Shown here piece by piece: positions 41,087 through 49,944 of a DNA stretch of 64,000 nt; positions within the stretch are counted from its first letter, which is position 1, and every line of letters begins with the position of its first letter. This DNA comes from a virus, in the IMG/VR virus record IMGVR_UViG_3300042314_001189, positions 64,001-128,000 of that record. One strand, 5' to 3'. The notes beneath the pieces are model-generated. The model saw only the letters and a program-made list of their open reading frames with translations. It had not been told where the DNA came from and searched no databases. A program made the translations under genes and the position numbers.

Positions 41087-42175
41087 ATGAATAAGAAAAA
41101 ATTTTTAACAGAATCAGATAGAAAAAAAATTGTATCTGACAAAGAAAAAGCGATACTAGAAAGTTTTGCAAAAACTTTTAACAAAATCAAACGTATTGAC
41201 GAAAATGAAGTTGCTGGTATCGAAACCAAACAGTTAGAGAAAAAAGCTTTTGATTTTGCTAATTCACCAGAAATGGGTCAATTGGTTGATAAAATTTTAG
41301 CTAATGCTAAACCAGAAGACTTACAACAAATCAAAAATGCTGTTGGTTCAGTATCTGAAGGTATGATGTGTGAAAATGATTTTTCTTCATTTTTAAACAT
41401 TGCACATAAAGCACAATCAGCGTTAAGTGAAGATAACAGCGTTGGTAGTTTACAAAATAGTGTTGGTAAAGCTCTTTCAACTTTTGGTGTGGTTAATATC
41501 ATGTCAATGGGTATGTTACCATCATTAGTTGGTATGGCTGTTGACCATTTTGGTGGAACAAATTTCTTACAATCATTTAGCGATGCTATTGGTTCTGGTG
41601 GTGCAGCTGCTGGTTTATCAGTTATTGGTAGTTTAATTGGTGGTGGTTTATTATGGAGATTAGGTAAAGCTATTTCTGGTGAAAAAGTAACTGGTGATAC
41701 GCCATTATTTGAAACGGATATGAACGATGGTAAAACTATTTTAAAATCAACAGACAAAGATGATTTAAAAGCAGATATTGCTAAAGAAAAAAAAAAACAC
41801 CCAAATGCAAAAGTTGGGCTCATAACTAAAAATGGTAAAATTTTTAGTGTTGAAATAACCCACAATAATGTTAATGAGGGTGAAGATTATGAAAAAATAG
41901 GTAGAGAAGTTGAATACGGAATTAACCCATATGAAGAAGAATCTAATGTTAGTTTTGAACCTATGAATAATGATGAAAAAAAAATGTTATCATATGTTTC
42001 TAAATATGTTGGTAGTGAATTAGAGCTTAGTGATGAAATGGATAATTATAGAAACTTAGGTTATCAAGGTTTTTCTGATAATGTTAAAAACGCATTAAGA
42101 AACGATATGGATTATCAAACATGGGTTCAAATGTCACATGATGAAGATACTTTTAGACGTGAAAGAGGTTTTTAA
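41087..42175 (+). CDS. Putative internal virion protein with Gly-rich hydrophobic segments
   Basis: TATTTATA upstream; LTE, ILE, IDE, VSE, LSE, LFE and VNE motifs. Confidence 0.5.
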   Translation: MNKKKFLTESDRKKIVSDKEKAILESFAKTFNKIKRIDENEVAGIETKQLEKKAFDFANSPEMGQLVDKILANAKPEDLQQIKNAVGSVSEGMMCENDFSSFLNIAHKAQSALSEDNSVGSLQNSVGKALSTFGVVNIMSMGMLPSLVGMAVDHFGGTNFLQSFSDAIGSGGAAAGLSVIGSLIGGGLLWRLGKAISGEKVTGDTPLFETDMNDGKTILKSTDKDDLKADIAKEKKKHPNAKVGLITKNGKIFSVEITHNNVNEGEDYEKIGREVEYGINPYEEESNVSFEPMNNDEKKMLSYVSKYVGSELELSDEMDNYRNLGYQGFSDNVKNALRNDMDYQTWVQMSHDEDTFRRERGF

Positions 42176-42203
42176 TAAAAAAAATAAAAAAAACACAAAA
42201 AAA

Positions 42204-42235
42204 CTTGACAAAACAAAAAAAAGTTAGTACCTTTG
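42204..42235 (+). promoter_or_regulatory. Bacteroidota-type promoter of the tRNA operon
   Basis: CTTGACA ... TACCTTTG. Confidence 0.75.
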
Positions 42236-42279
42236 TATAACTTTTAAATAAGAGAGTATATTTAATAAAAGAAACAAAA

Positions 42280-42378
42280 ATGAGAACAATAAACATACAT
42301 ATGATTTCGATTAGTAATTGGAGACGCAATAGTCACCATACTGGTCAAGGTATGTTTAATGACATCATAGAATGGTAA
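42280..42378 (+). CDS. Leader peptide MRTINIHMISISNWRRNSHHTGQGMFNDIIEW
   Basis: A-rich initiation region; ORF overlaps the antiterminator arm GGTCAAGG (42343-50). Confidence 0.75.
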   Translation: MRTINIHMISISNWRRNSHHTGQGMFNDIIEW

Positions 42379-42403
42379 AACATTTTAGATAATATTAACA
42401 AAG

Positions 42404-42433
42404 AAGCCTTGACCTAAAATCAAGGCTTTTTTT
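42404..42433 (+). terminator. Attenuator terminator
   Basis: AAGCCTTGA-CCTAAAA-TCAAGGCTT-TTTTT; the 5' arm CCTTGACC can alternatively pair with 42343-50. Confidence 0.8.
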
Positions 42434-42613
42434 ATGCTTATAACTATGGGAGAATTAGTAAGACCACTCGGAAAAGTAAAAGTAAAAAAGTTTAACGAAA
42501 ACTTTGATGAAATAGTTGACGAGTATAAAAATAAAGCAAAAGAAATGGGTTACAACGGTGACCTAAGATTTAAAAAAGAAAAAGGTAACATAGTAATTTT
42601 TGTTACAATAGAT

Positions 42614-42690
42614 GGTGGCGTTAGCTCAGTTGGTTAGAGTGCTAGATTGTGATTCTAGAGGTCATGGGTTCGACCCCCATACGTCACCCA
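42614..42690 (+). tRNA. tRNA-His(GTG)
   Basis: Cloverleaf, G-1, CTAGA-TTGTGAT-TCTAG. Confidence 0.95.
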
Positions 42691-42722
42691 AATAGGTCTT
42701 TGATATGTTGGTAAATTAATAC

Positions 42723-42795
42723 ACGGGATTAGCTCAATTGGTAGAGTAGCGGTCTCCAAAACCGAAGGTTGCAAGTTCGATTCTTGCATCCCGTG
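42723..42795 (+). tRNA. tRNA-Trp(CCA)
   Basis: CGGT-CTCCAAA-ACCG. Confidence 0.95.
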
Positions 42796-42806
42796 CTAAA
42801 ATATAT

Positions 42807-42889
42807 GGAAGGAGCCCGAATGGACGAGGACACCGCCTTGAAAGCGGCTGGGTGTAAAAGCTTTGGGGGTTCGATTCCCTCTTCTTCCG
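42807..42889 (+). tRNA. tRNA-Ser(TGA)
   Basis: CCGC-CTTGAAA-GCGG, long variable arm, G73. Confidence 0.9.
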
Positions 42890-42960
42890 CTAAAATTAAA
42901 TTATATGAAAAAAAAATTTGACATGCTTTAAGTTCTGCTAAACAACAGACGATAAAGCAA

Positions 42961-43143
42961 ATGAAAAAAGAAACATTAAAAACAACAACAAACCGTAAAG
43001 TTTATAAAATGCTTCACCGCAAAGAACTTTATGATGAACAAGGATTATGTCACTATTGTGGACCACATTCTGGTTGTAATTCTAATTTTAGACCAAGTTC
43101 AAATAGAAATTGGAAAATGTATCGTAAAACACAGTGGAAGTAA
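42961..43143 (+). CDS. Small basic Cys/His protein within the tRNA cluster
   Basis: CHYCGPHSGCN; RNWKMYRKTQWK. Confidence 0.5.
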   Translation: MKKETLKTTTNRKVYKMLHRKELYDEQGLCHYCGPHSGCNSNFRPSSNRNWKMYRKTQWK

Positions 43144-43154
43144 TTCCACAATCT

Positions 43155-43228
43155 TGGTACCTAGCTCAACTGGTTAGAGCACTTCGCTGATACCGAAGAG
43201 GTTATGGGTTCGAGTCCCGTGGTACCAA
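43155..43228 (+). tRNA. tRNA-Ile(GAT)
   Basis: CTTCG-CTGATAC-CGAAG. Confidence 0.9.
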
Positions 43229-43235
43229 CAAAAAT

Positions 43236-43354
43236 TGTAGGGTGGTGAAATTGGCAGACACGCCATCTGGTCTCGATGGTGTCGATTATTATCAACAGAA
43301 TTATACTTTTTGTTGATAATAATCAACATGTGGGTTCAAATCCTACCCCTACAG
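43236..43354 (+). tRNA. tRNA-like RNA with non-canonical anticodon loop and about 50-nt variable arm
   Basis: TGTAGGG/CCCTACA acceptor, Leu-type D arm, CCATC-TGGTCTC-GATGG, GATTATTATCAACA/TGTTGATAATAATC helix, T arm. Confidence 0.65.
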
Positions 43355-43357
43355 CAA

Positions 43358-43431
43358 GGTCCTTTAGCTCAGTTGGTTAGAGCAGCTCGCTCATAACGAG
43401 AAGGTCGTAGGTTCGAGTCCTACATGGACCA
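43358..43431 (+). tRNA. tRNA(CAT), Ile2 (lysidine) or elongator Met
   Basis: CTCG-CTCATAA-CGAG; GGTCC acceptor resembles Ile-type tRNAs. Confidence 0.85.
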
Positions 43432-43437
43432 CAATAT

Positions 43438-43509
43438 TCTTCGGTAGCTCAGAGGCAGAGCACTCCGCTGTTAACGGATAGGTCGGGATTTCGAAATTCC
43501 CCCGAAGAG
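43438..43509 (+). tRNA. tRNA-Asn(GTT)
   Basis: TCCG-CTGTTAA-CGGA. Confidence 0.9.
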
Positions 43510-43519
43510 CAACATATAT

Positions 43520-43591
43520 TCTCCTTTAGCTCAGCGGTAGAGCAATCGGCTGTTAACCGATAGGTCCTAGGTTCGAATCCTAGAGGGAGAG
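43520..43591 (+). tRNA. tRNA-Asn(GTT)
   Basis: ATCGG-CTGTTAA-CCGAT. Confidence 0.95.
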
Positions 43592-43597
43592 CAACAT

Positions 43598-43669
43598 GGC
43601 GATATAGTATAATGGTTATTACACTTGGCTCATATCCTTGAGAAGTAGGTTCAATTCCTTCTATCGCTA
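43598..43669 (+). tRNA. tRNA-Met(CAT)
   Basis: GGCGATA/TATCGCT acceptor, CTCATAT loop, weak anticodon stem. Confidence 0.75.
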
Positions 43670-43765
43670 CACAATATCTTTGCTCGCCAAATTGGCGAGC
43701 AAATGGCGAGATAAGACAAAAAAGATGAAATTAGGGAGCTTATCTCGCCAAAATTATGATATTAT

Positions 43766-43840
43766 GCATCCATAGCTCAATTGGATTAGAGCACTCGCCT
43801 ACGAAGCGAGAGGTTGAAAGTTCGAATCTTTCTGGATGTA
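43766..43840 (+). tRNA. tRNA-Arg(ACG)
   Basis: CTCGC-CTACGAA-GCGAG. Confidence 0.9.
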
Positions 43841-43845
43841 CATAT

Positions 43846-43918
43846 GCCCCTATCGTTCAACTGTATAGGACCAGCCCCTTCTAAGGGCTTAATGGGAGTT
43901 AGAGTCTCTCTGGGGGTA
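43846..43918 (+). tRNA. tRNA-Arg(TCT)
   Basis: AGCCC-CTTCTAA-GGGCT. Confidence 0.85.
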
Positions 43919-43923
43919 CAAAT

Positions 43924-44007
43924 GGAGAGTAATGCGGTATGGTTGCCGTCCTTGTTTGCTAAACAAAGGGTACCTTCGGGTATGGGATTCGATTTCTCTG
44001 CTCTCCG
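43924..44007 (+). tRNA. tRNA-Ser(GCT)
   Basis: TTGT-TTGCTAA-ACAA, long variable arm, GGAGAG/CTCTCC acceptor. Confidence 0.85.
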
Positions 44008-44079
44008 CTTTTTGTTTATATTGTATATATATAATAATTTTTTAGTATATTTGATAAGTATTTATAATAAAAAAAACAC

Positions 44080-45270
44080 ATGAAAACAAAATTGATATTA
44101 GCCTTTGTAATTGCCCTAATAAGTTCCGTTAGAGCGCAAGTTTCAACAGATTACACATTTTCAGAAACAATTGGAACCTATGCTGCCATAACTAGTGGAA
44201 CACAACTAGTAACAACAACCGCTGGTGCGACAGCATATGACACCGATGGTAGTACTATTTCACTACCAACTGCATCATATTTTACTTTTAATAACGTAAC
44301 AATAACAACTGTCTATATGATGGCAGATGGTTTTTTATGGTTAAATCCTGGGGTTACAATGGCCAACGTTAGTGGTACGAATGCTGTTACGGGGCCGATT
44401 CCATCTACAAGAGTTGCTGACGGTGTAATATCAGCCATGGGAATGGATTTGAGAAGCACATCGTTAGCTGGTCAAGTATATGAAAGAAGATGGTATGACG
44501 ATGGAATAGAAGTCATTTTTCAATGGCAAAACGCTGCAAGATATGTACAAAGTAGTTCTGAAAGATTTTCATTTCAAATAAGAATAAATAAAACAACTGA
44601 TGTTGTGCGTGTTGTATATGGAAATATGACAACGATTACAACGAGCACAACTTATCAACCAATGGTTGGTTTAAGAGGTTCAACAAATACAGATTATAAT
44701 AATAGAAGATTAACAAATTCTATACCCGATTCAACTCCAAACTGGGGTCAACCAAATGGTACAACTGCTGGTACTTCAAATGCACACACTGTTAGATTTA
44801 GAAATAATTGCTTACCAACATCTGGGCTTACATTTGTTTGGACACCACCAGTACCGTTGCCGATAGAATTAATATCATTTGAAGGTATAACAAAAAATGG
44901 TTATAATCATTTGTTTTGGAAAACAGCTAGTGAATCTAACAATGATTATTTCACGATAGAAAAAACGCAAGATGGTATAAACTATAATACTGTTATAAAC
45001 ATAAACGGTGCTGGTAATTCAAACACTACATTAAGTTATGATTATATCGATTATAACGTTGACAATACAATAAACTATTATAGGTTAAAACAAACCGACT
45101 ATGACGGTAAGTATGCGTATTCACATATTATAACTTTAGACAACACTAGGAAAATACTTTTGGTTGTTAGAGTGGTTAATTTATTAGGTCATGATGTTGA
45201 TATAAACTCAAAAGGTATTGTGATATTGATATATGACGATGGTTCGGTCAAGAAAATATTTAATGAATAA
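44080..45270 (+). CDS. Secreted protein resembling a Bacteroidota T9SS substrate
   Basis: Signal peptide, PLPIELISFEG...W.TASE.NNDYF...YYRLKQTDYDG domain, CTD-like NLLG...IYDDGSVKK. Confidence 0.65.
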   Translation: MKTKLILAFVIALISSVRAQVSTDYTFSETIGTYAAITSGTQLVTTTAGATAYDTDGSTISLPTASYFTFNNVTITTVYMMADGFLWLNPGVTMANVSGTNAVTGPIPSTRVADGVISAMGMDLRSTSLAGQVYERRWYDDGIEVIFQWQNAARYVQSSSERFSFQIRINKTTDVVRVVYGNMTTITTSTTYQPMVGLRGSTNTDYNNRRLTNSIPDSTPNWGQPNGTTAGTSNAHTVRFRNNCLPTSGLTFVWTPPVPLPIELISFEGITKNGYNHLFWKTASESNNDYFTIEKTQDGINYNTVININGAGNSNTTLSYDYIDYNVDNTINYYRLKQTDYDGKYAYSHIITLDNTRKILLVVRVVNLLGHDVDINSKGIVILIYDDGSVKKIFNE

Positions 45271-45293
45271 ACAGATATTTATACTAAAAAGAA

Positions 45294-45965
45294 ATGATGA
45301 AAGATTTTATAAAAAAACATGTAAGTGAAGCTATGACGTATAACTTGATAGAAGTACTTATGGGTGAAGATTATCCATCAACATTTGATATGGAACATTT
45401 TAAAAATCTTAGAAAATACGCTGAAAGGGTTAGATATTGTAATGAACATTTGAAAAAGATTTCTTCTGGTTCTTCTAGAATAGTTTATATGGTTGATGAC
45501 ACAAAAGTATTAAAATTAGCTAAGAATGAAAAAGGTGTTGCTCAATGTGCAACAGAAATACAATGGGGTAATGATAGTTACTATGGTGACGTTTTAGCTA
45601 GCACAATCGAATATCACCCAGATGATTTATGGGTTGAAATGGAGTTGGCTAGAAAAGTTAAAAAATCTGATTTCAAAAGACTTGAGGGTATTAATTTTGA
45701 TGCGTTTGGTTATTATTTGAAAAACTTTGAGTTTCAAAATAAAGGAAGAAGAGGTGTGTTTAGTATAGACCCTAAAGAAGAAGAAATTTTAGATGAAAAC
45801 CAATTTACACAAACTATTTGTAGTTTTATGTCAGATTCTGATTCACCAGCTGGTGATTTTATGCGTTTAAACTCATACGGTGTTGTCAACAGAAATGGTG
45901 AAGATATTATCGTAATCATAGATTTCGGATTGACACAAAGTGTGTATGATGAATATTACAGATAA
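45294..45965 (+). CDS. Protein kinase-like fold protein
   Basis: SGSSRIVY, VLKLA, conserved Glu, GDFMRLNSYG, IIDFG. Confidence 0.55.
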   Translation: MMKDFIKKHVSEAMTYNLIEVLMGEDYPSTFDMEHFKNLRKYAERVRYCNEHLKKISSGSSRIVYMVDDTKVLKLAKNEKGVAQCATEIQWGNDSYYGDVLASTIEYHPDDLWVEMELARKVKKSDFKRLEGINFDAFGYYLKNFEFQNKGRRGVFSIDPKEEEILDENQFTQTICSFMSDSDSPAGDFMRLNSYGVVNRNGEDIIVIIDFGLTQSVYDEYYR

Positions 45966-46015
45966 AAAACAATAATAAATTTGTTTTTTATAAAAATTAT
46001 TCATACCTTTGCTTT

Positions 46016-46948
46016 ATGAAAGATAAAATTAGAGAAATTTTAAGGGAGAATACCGAAAAAAATATTTTAGGTGTTGTGGTATCTAAACCAAATCAAGAAT
46101 TGATAATTATGCGTGGAATTCCAGGTTCTGGAAAATCAACAAAGGCTAAATCACTTGTTGGGAAAGGTAAAATACACTCTACCGATGATGTTATTGAAGC
46201 TGGTGGTGATTATAACGAATTTTTTGCTAAAATGATAGCATCAAAAGACTTTGCACCATTAAGCCGAGTTCACTCAACCAACTTGAAAAACGCTATTGCA
46301 TCTATGAAGTCTGGTGTTTCACCAGTTATCATCGATAACACAAACATTAAACAAAACGAGTCAAAAGCTTATATTGTTGCTGCGTTGGAAATGGGTTATG
46401 CTGATAATAACATTAAATTTGTTGATATTGGTACTGCTGGGTTAGAAGCGGCTGAATTAGCTAAAAGAAATACTCATGGTGTACCATTGGATAAAATAGA
46501 AATGATGATTGCTAGTCACACAGCACAAGGGCCATTGACGCTTCAAAGCGTTTTGGAGTCAAAAGATATGTACAAACAATCCGATGTATTGTACTCTGCT
46601 GTAGTGTTGGACAACGGTTCTAAATCAGCATTGTTATCAAGACTTGAAGATATGATACCAGAAGGATGGAAAGTATTTGCTCACCACATGACAATTGTTT
46701 TTGGTAAAGGTGTTCCAAATAAAGAAGACTTGGGTAAAGAGGTGACTTTGTATGTTGAAGCGATAGGTCTTAGCGATATGGCTATGGCTGTAAGGGTTGA
46801 AGGTTATCCATCGGCCAACGCAATACCACACATTACAATTGCGATAAATCCAGACGGTGGTAAACCAGTGATGTCCAACGATATAACAAAATGGCAAAAA
46901 ATTAAAAACTTTGCTATCAAAGGTGTTGTTACCGAAATAAAAAAATGA
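46016..46948 (+). CDS. P-loop polynucleotide kinase-like + 2H phosphoesterase fusion
   Basis: MRGIPGSGKST, IDNTN, RNTHGVP; C-terminal HMT...HIT. Confidence 0.75.
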   Translation: MKDKIREILRENTEKNILGVVVSKPNQELIIMRGIPGSGKSTKAKSLVGKGKIHSTDDVIEAGGDYNEFFAKMIASKDFAPLSRVHSTNLKNAIASMKSGVSPVIIDNTNIKQNESKAYIVAALEMGYADNNIKFVDIGTAGLEAAELAKRNTHGVPLDKIEMMIASHTAQGPLTLQSVLESKDMYKQSDVLYSAVVLDNGSKSALLSRLEDMIPEGWKVFAHHMTIVFGKGVPNKEDLGKEVTLYVEAIGLSDMAMAVRVEGYPSANAIPHITIAINPDGGKPVMSNDITKWQKIKNFAIKGVVTEIKK

Positions 46949-47146
46949 TGAATGAAGTCAAATTAAACCTAAAAGGGTGGGGATTGGTCTTTGTAGAGAT
47001 TATGTGGATTGAAGGTAATTTATACAAAATAAAATTTGTGCCAGAAGATAACATACTTTGTGATGTTAAAACAGAAATATTTCACGTGAAAGAAATATTG
47101 AACATTAATGAAGTTTTTATTGATAAAAATTTAAAGATTACGAAGT

Positions 47147-47782
47147 ATGATAACGAATAAATCAGCACAAGTTATTTTGATAAATAAAAATGGTTTGGTG
47201 CTAGGTGTTTCTAGGAAAGATGACCATAATGATTTTGGATTACCTGGTGGAAAGATGGACCCAGAAGATGGTGACGACCCAAAAGTCACAGCTATTCGTG
47301 AAACAAAAGAAGAAACTGGTTTGGATATTACAAACCTAAGACTTATATTTGCGATACATAAAGATGGTTTTATGGGTTACACCTATTTGGCTGATTATTC
47401 TGGTAAAATTGAACATGATGAACCACATGTTGTTAAATGGCAACCTATGGAAGTCATGGTTAACGGTAGGTTCGGTAGATACAATCAATTGGTTGCGGAG
47501 TCTTTAAATGATATGAACATCAAATATCAATACCATGTTGATATGAACGCATTGACGTTGGATGTAACACAAATAATTGATGGTCATTATAATGGTGAAG
47601 TAAAATTAGATTTCATCAGAAAAGAATGGGGTTATAACCATTACAACATTTATTTTGTTGACGATAACGGTGAATTAGAAGAAACATTTGGTTTTGATAA
47701 ATCATTGGATAAGAAATTAGATATCGTTTCAAAAAAATATGGTGTTAAGGTTAAGTTATCCTCAGAATATTATTGCAAGTAA
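47147..47782 (+). CDS. NUDIX hydrolase
   Basis: LPGGKMD...AIRETKEETG. Confidence 0.85.
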   Translation: MITNKSAQVILINKNGLVLGVSRKDDHNDFGLPGGKMDPEDGDDPKVTAIRETKEETGLDITNLRLIFAIHKDGFMGYTYLADYSGKIEHDEPHVVKWQPMEVMVNGRFGRYNQLVAESLNDMNIKYQYHVDMNALTLDVTQIIDGHYNGEVKLDFIRKEWGYNHYNIYFVDDNGELEETFGFDKSLDKKLDIVSKKYGVKVKLSSEYYCK

Positions 47783-48219
47783 AGAATAATATTCGTATAT
47801 TTGTAAAAAATAGTTTTATGAAAAATACTGATAGACGTTTAGATTTAAGCGCAAAGTTCATGCAGATGGGTCAGACCCTAATCTTAGAGGGTAGAGAAAA
47901 TAGCGATATTAGTATCTCTCAAACTGGTACCATTTTAGTTTTCATTAGTGGTTTGTTATTAGGTGATGATGAAGATATTTTTAAATTTTCAGACCTATGT
48001 TCAATGTTTTCTGCTAGAAAAATATTAGATGGTATCGAAGAAGAGGGTAGTCCTTTGAAAGGGTTGATGAAACAAGTTTCAGATGCTCAAACTTACGAAG
48101 AATTTATCAAAAAAATTAATGAAATAAGAAAAAGAAATGATAAAGACGATGTTAATTAAACAAATATTTGTTTAATTCATTTTTATTTACTACCTTTGTC
48201 TTATTAAAGTGAAAAGATT

Positions 48220-49344
48220 ATGTTAGCAATACAAAATTATTTATTAAAGCATGGGTTGGAAAAAACTGTGAAAGACTTTAGTTTAAAAACTAGAGAATAT
48301 GAACACAAAATACTTTTAAAGTATGACCAATTGGTATCACCAACCCTTATGGCGTTGCCAGAGATGCAAGATTGTCGTGGTATCATCCTTGAAAAAGGTA
48401 CGTGGAAAGTAATGTCGATGGCATTCCGCAAGTTCTTCAACTCTGAAGAAGGGAATGCCGCTAAAATTGATTGGAATACTGCAAAAGTACTTGAAAAATT
48501 GGATGGTACTATGATACAAGTATATTATGACTGGCATGATATGACATGGTATGCTGGTACTACTGGTACAGCAAACGGTGAGGGTGAAGTGAACAACAAA
48601 AACGGAACAACGTTTAACGATTTGTTTTGGGATACCTTGAATAACAAATATACGTTTAATACATGTTTGTTAAACAAAGATTGCATATACGTTTTTGAGT
48701 TGACAACACCATACAATATCGTGGTTAAGCCACACGGTGAATCATCTGCAACATTGTTGACTGTAAGAAACAGAGAAACTCTTGTTGAGTTATCTGGAAA
48801 AGACTTGGAAATGTCTGCTATATCAATAGGTGTACCATTGGTAAACGCTTTTGATATAAATGCATCTAACGTTGGTCACTTGTTGAAAACGTTTGAAGGT
48901 ATGCCATGGTCAGAAGAAGGGTATGTTGTACGTGACGGTAAAGATAATCGTGTTAAAGTGAAAAACCCAGCATACGTTGCTGTACATCACTTGAAAGGCA
49001 AAACTGCTGAACACAACATATTGACAATCGTAAAAACTAACGAGATAGAAGAGTTTGCAGCTACGTTCCCAGAAAGAACTGAAGAACTTTATCGTCTTAA
49101 AGAAAACTATGATGCGTTGTTGTTAAAACTTAATGTTGTTTGGGATGAGTTGAAATTACACAGACCAAAAAATATAACAAAAGAAGAACAAAAAAAATAT
49201 GCCACGGCTGTTTTTGATGTTTGTAAAAATCATAATGTTGAAGGGTTTACTGGTATGTATTTTGGTTTAGCGCAATACAAAATAAACTCTGTTGAAGAAT
49301 TTTTGTTTAACTATGATGATAAAACATTATATAAAATTTTATAA
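48220..49344 (+). CDS. RNA ligase (T4 Rnl1-like)
   Basis: DCRG, FRKFFN, EKLDGT, FEL, EGYV, VKVK. Confidence 0.85.
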   Translation: MLAIQNYLLKHGLEKTVKDFSLKTREYEHKILLKYDQLVSPTLMALPEMQDCRGIILEKGTWKVMSMAFRKFFNSEEGNAAKIDWNTAKVLEKLDGTMIQVYYDWHDMTWYAGTTGTANGEGEVNNKNGTTFNDLFWDTLNNKYTFNTCLLNKDCIYVFELTTPYNIVVKPHGESSATLLTVRNRETLVELSGKDLEMSAISIGVPLVNAFDINASNVGHLLKTFEGMPWSEEGYVVRDGKDNRVKVKNPAYVAVHHLKGKTAEHNILTIVKTNEIEEFAATFPERTEELYRLKENYDALLLKLNVVWDELKLHRPKNITKEEQKKYATAVFDVCKNHNVEGFTGMYFGLAQYKINSVEEFLFNYDDKTLYKIL

Positions 49345-49944
49345 AGATGGCAATAGATTTTAAAGAAAGGTACGCTAAACTAATACAGAAAGACGAAGAA
49401 CCTTTGACAGAAGTTGAGTTGGGTTATGTTAAAACTATCGAAGACCACATTGATTCAGAGATTGAAAAGAAACTATCAACAGATAGTCGAGAAATTTGGA
49501 TTGATATGGCGTATGTTAGATTTAATTATAACCCATCAACTAAAAAGCCTTTTCCAAATATGACCAATAATAGAAAAGTTTTTTTGAAAAAAGAGTTGTT
49601 GAGTCGTTATGAAAAAGCAAATTGGTCAATAAATTGGCATATTGATGATGGATTAGACGGACCAAATATGTCTGGGGGTGATTATTTAATTTTAAAAGGT
49701 AAAATATGAGAGAAAACATTACAGCTGATTGGGCTAGAAAAACAGCCGAATCTATTTTAGGTGAAAAAATCAATAAACAAATTGATATATGCCTTACAGC
49801 AATCGAAGAAGCTGTTAAAAGAAATGAGATGGGGTGCAACATAGGTATTTATGCTGACGCTATTGTTGTAAAAGAATTAAACAAAAGAGGGTTTAGTGTA
49901 AAACAATATGACGACCAAAGAGATGGAAGTTATTTAACAATTTC

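Noticed and set aside
42807-42889. tRNA with TGA in its loop as an opal suppressor for the release factor gene
   Set aside because: Anticodon TGA reads TCA/TCG (Ser). An opal suppressor needs anticodon TCA, and none was found in this window.
43814-44083. 89-aa ORF from the track
   Set aside because: Overlaps three tRNA genes; spurious.
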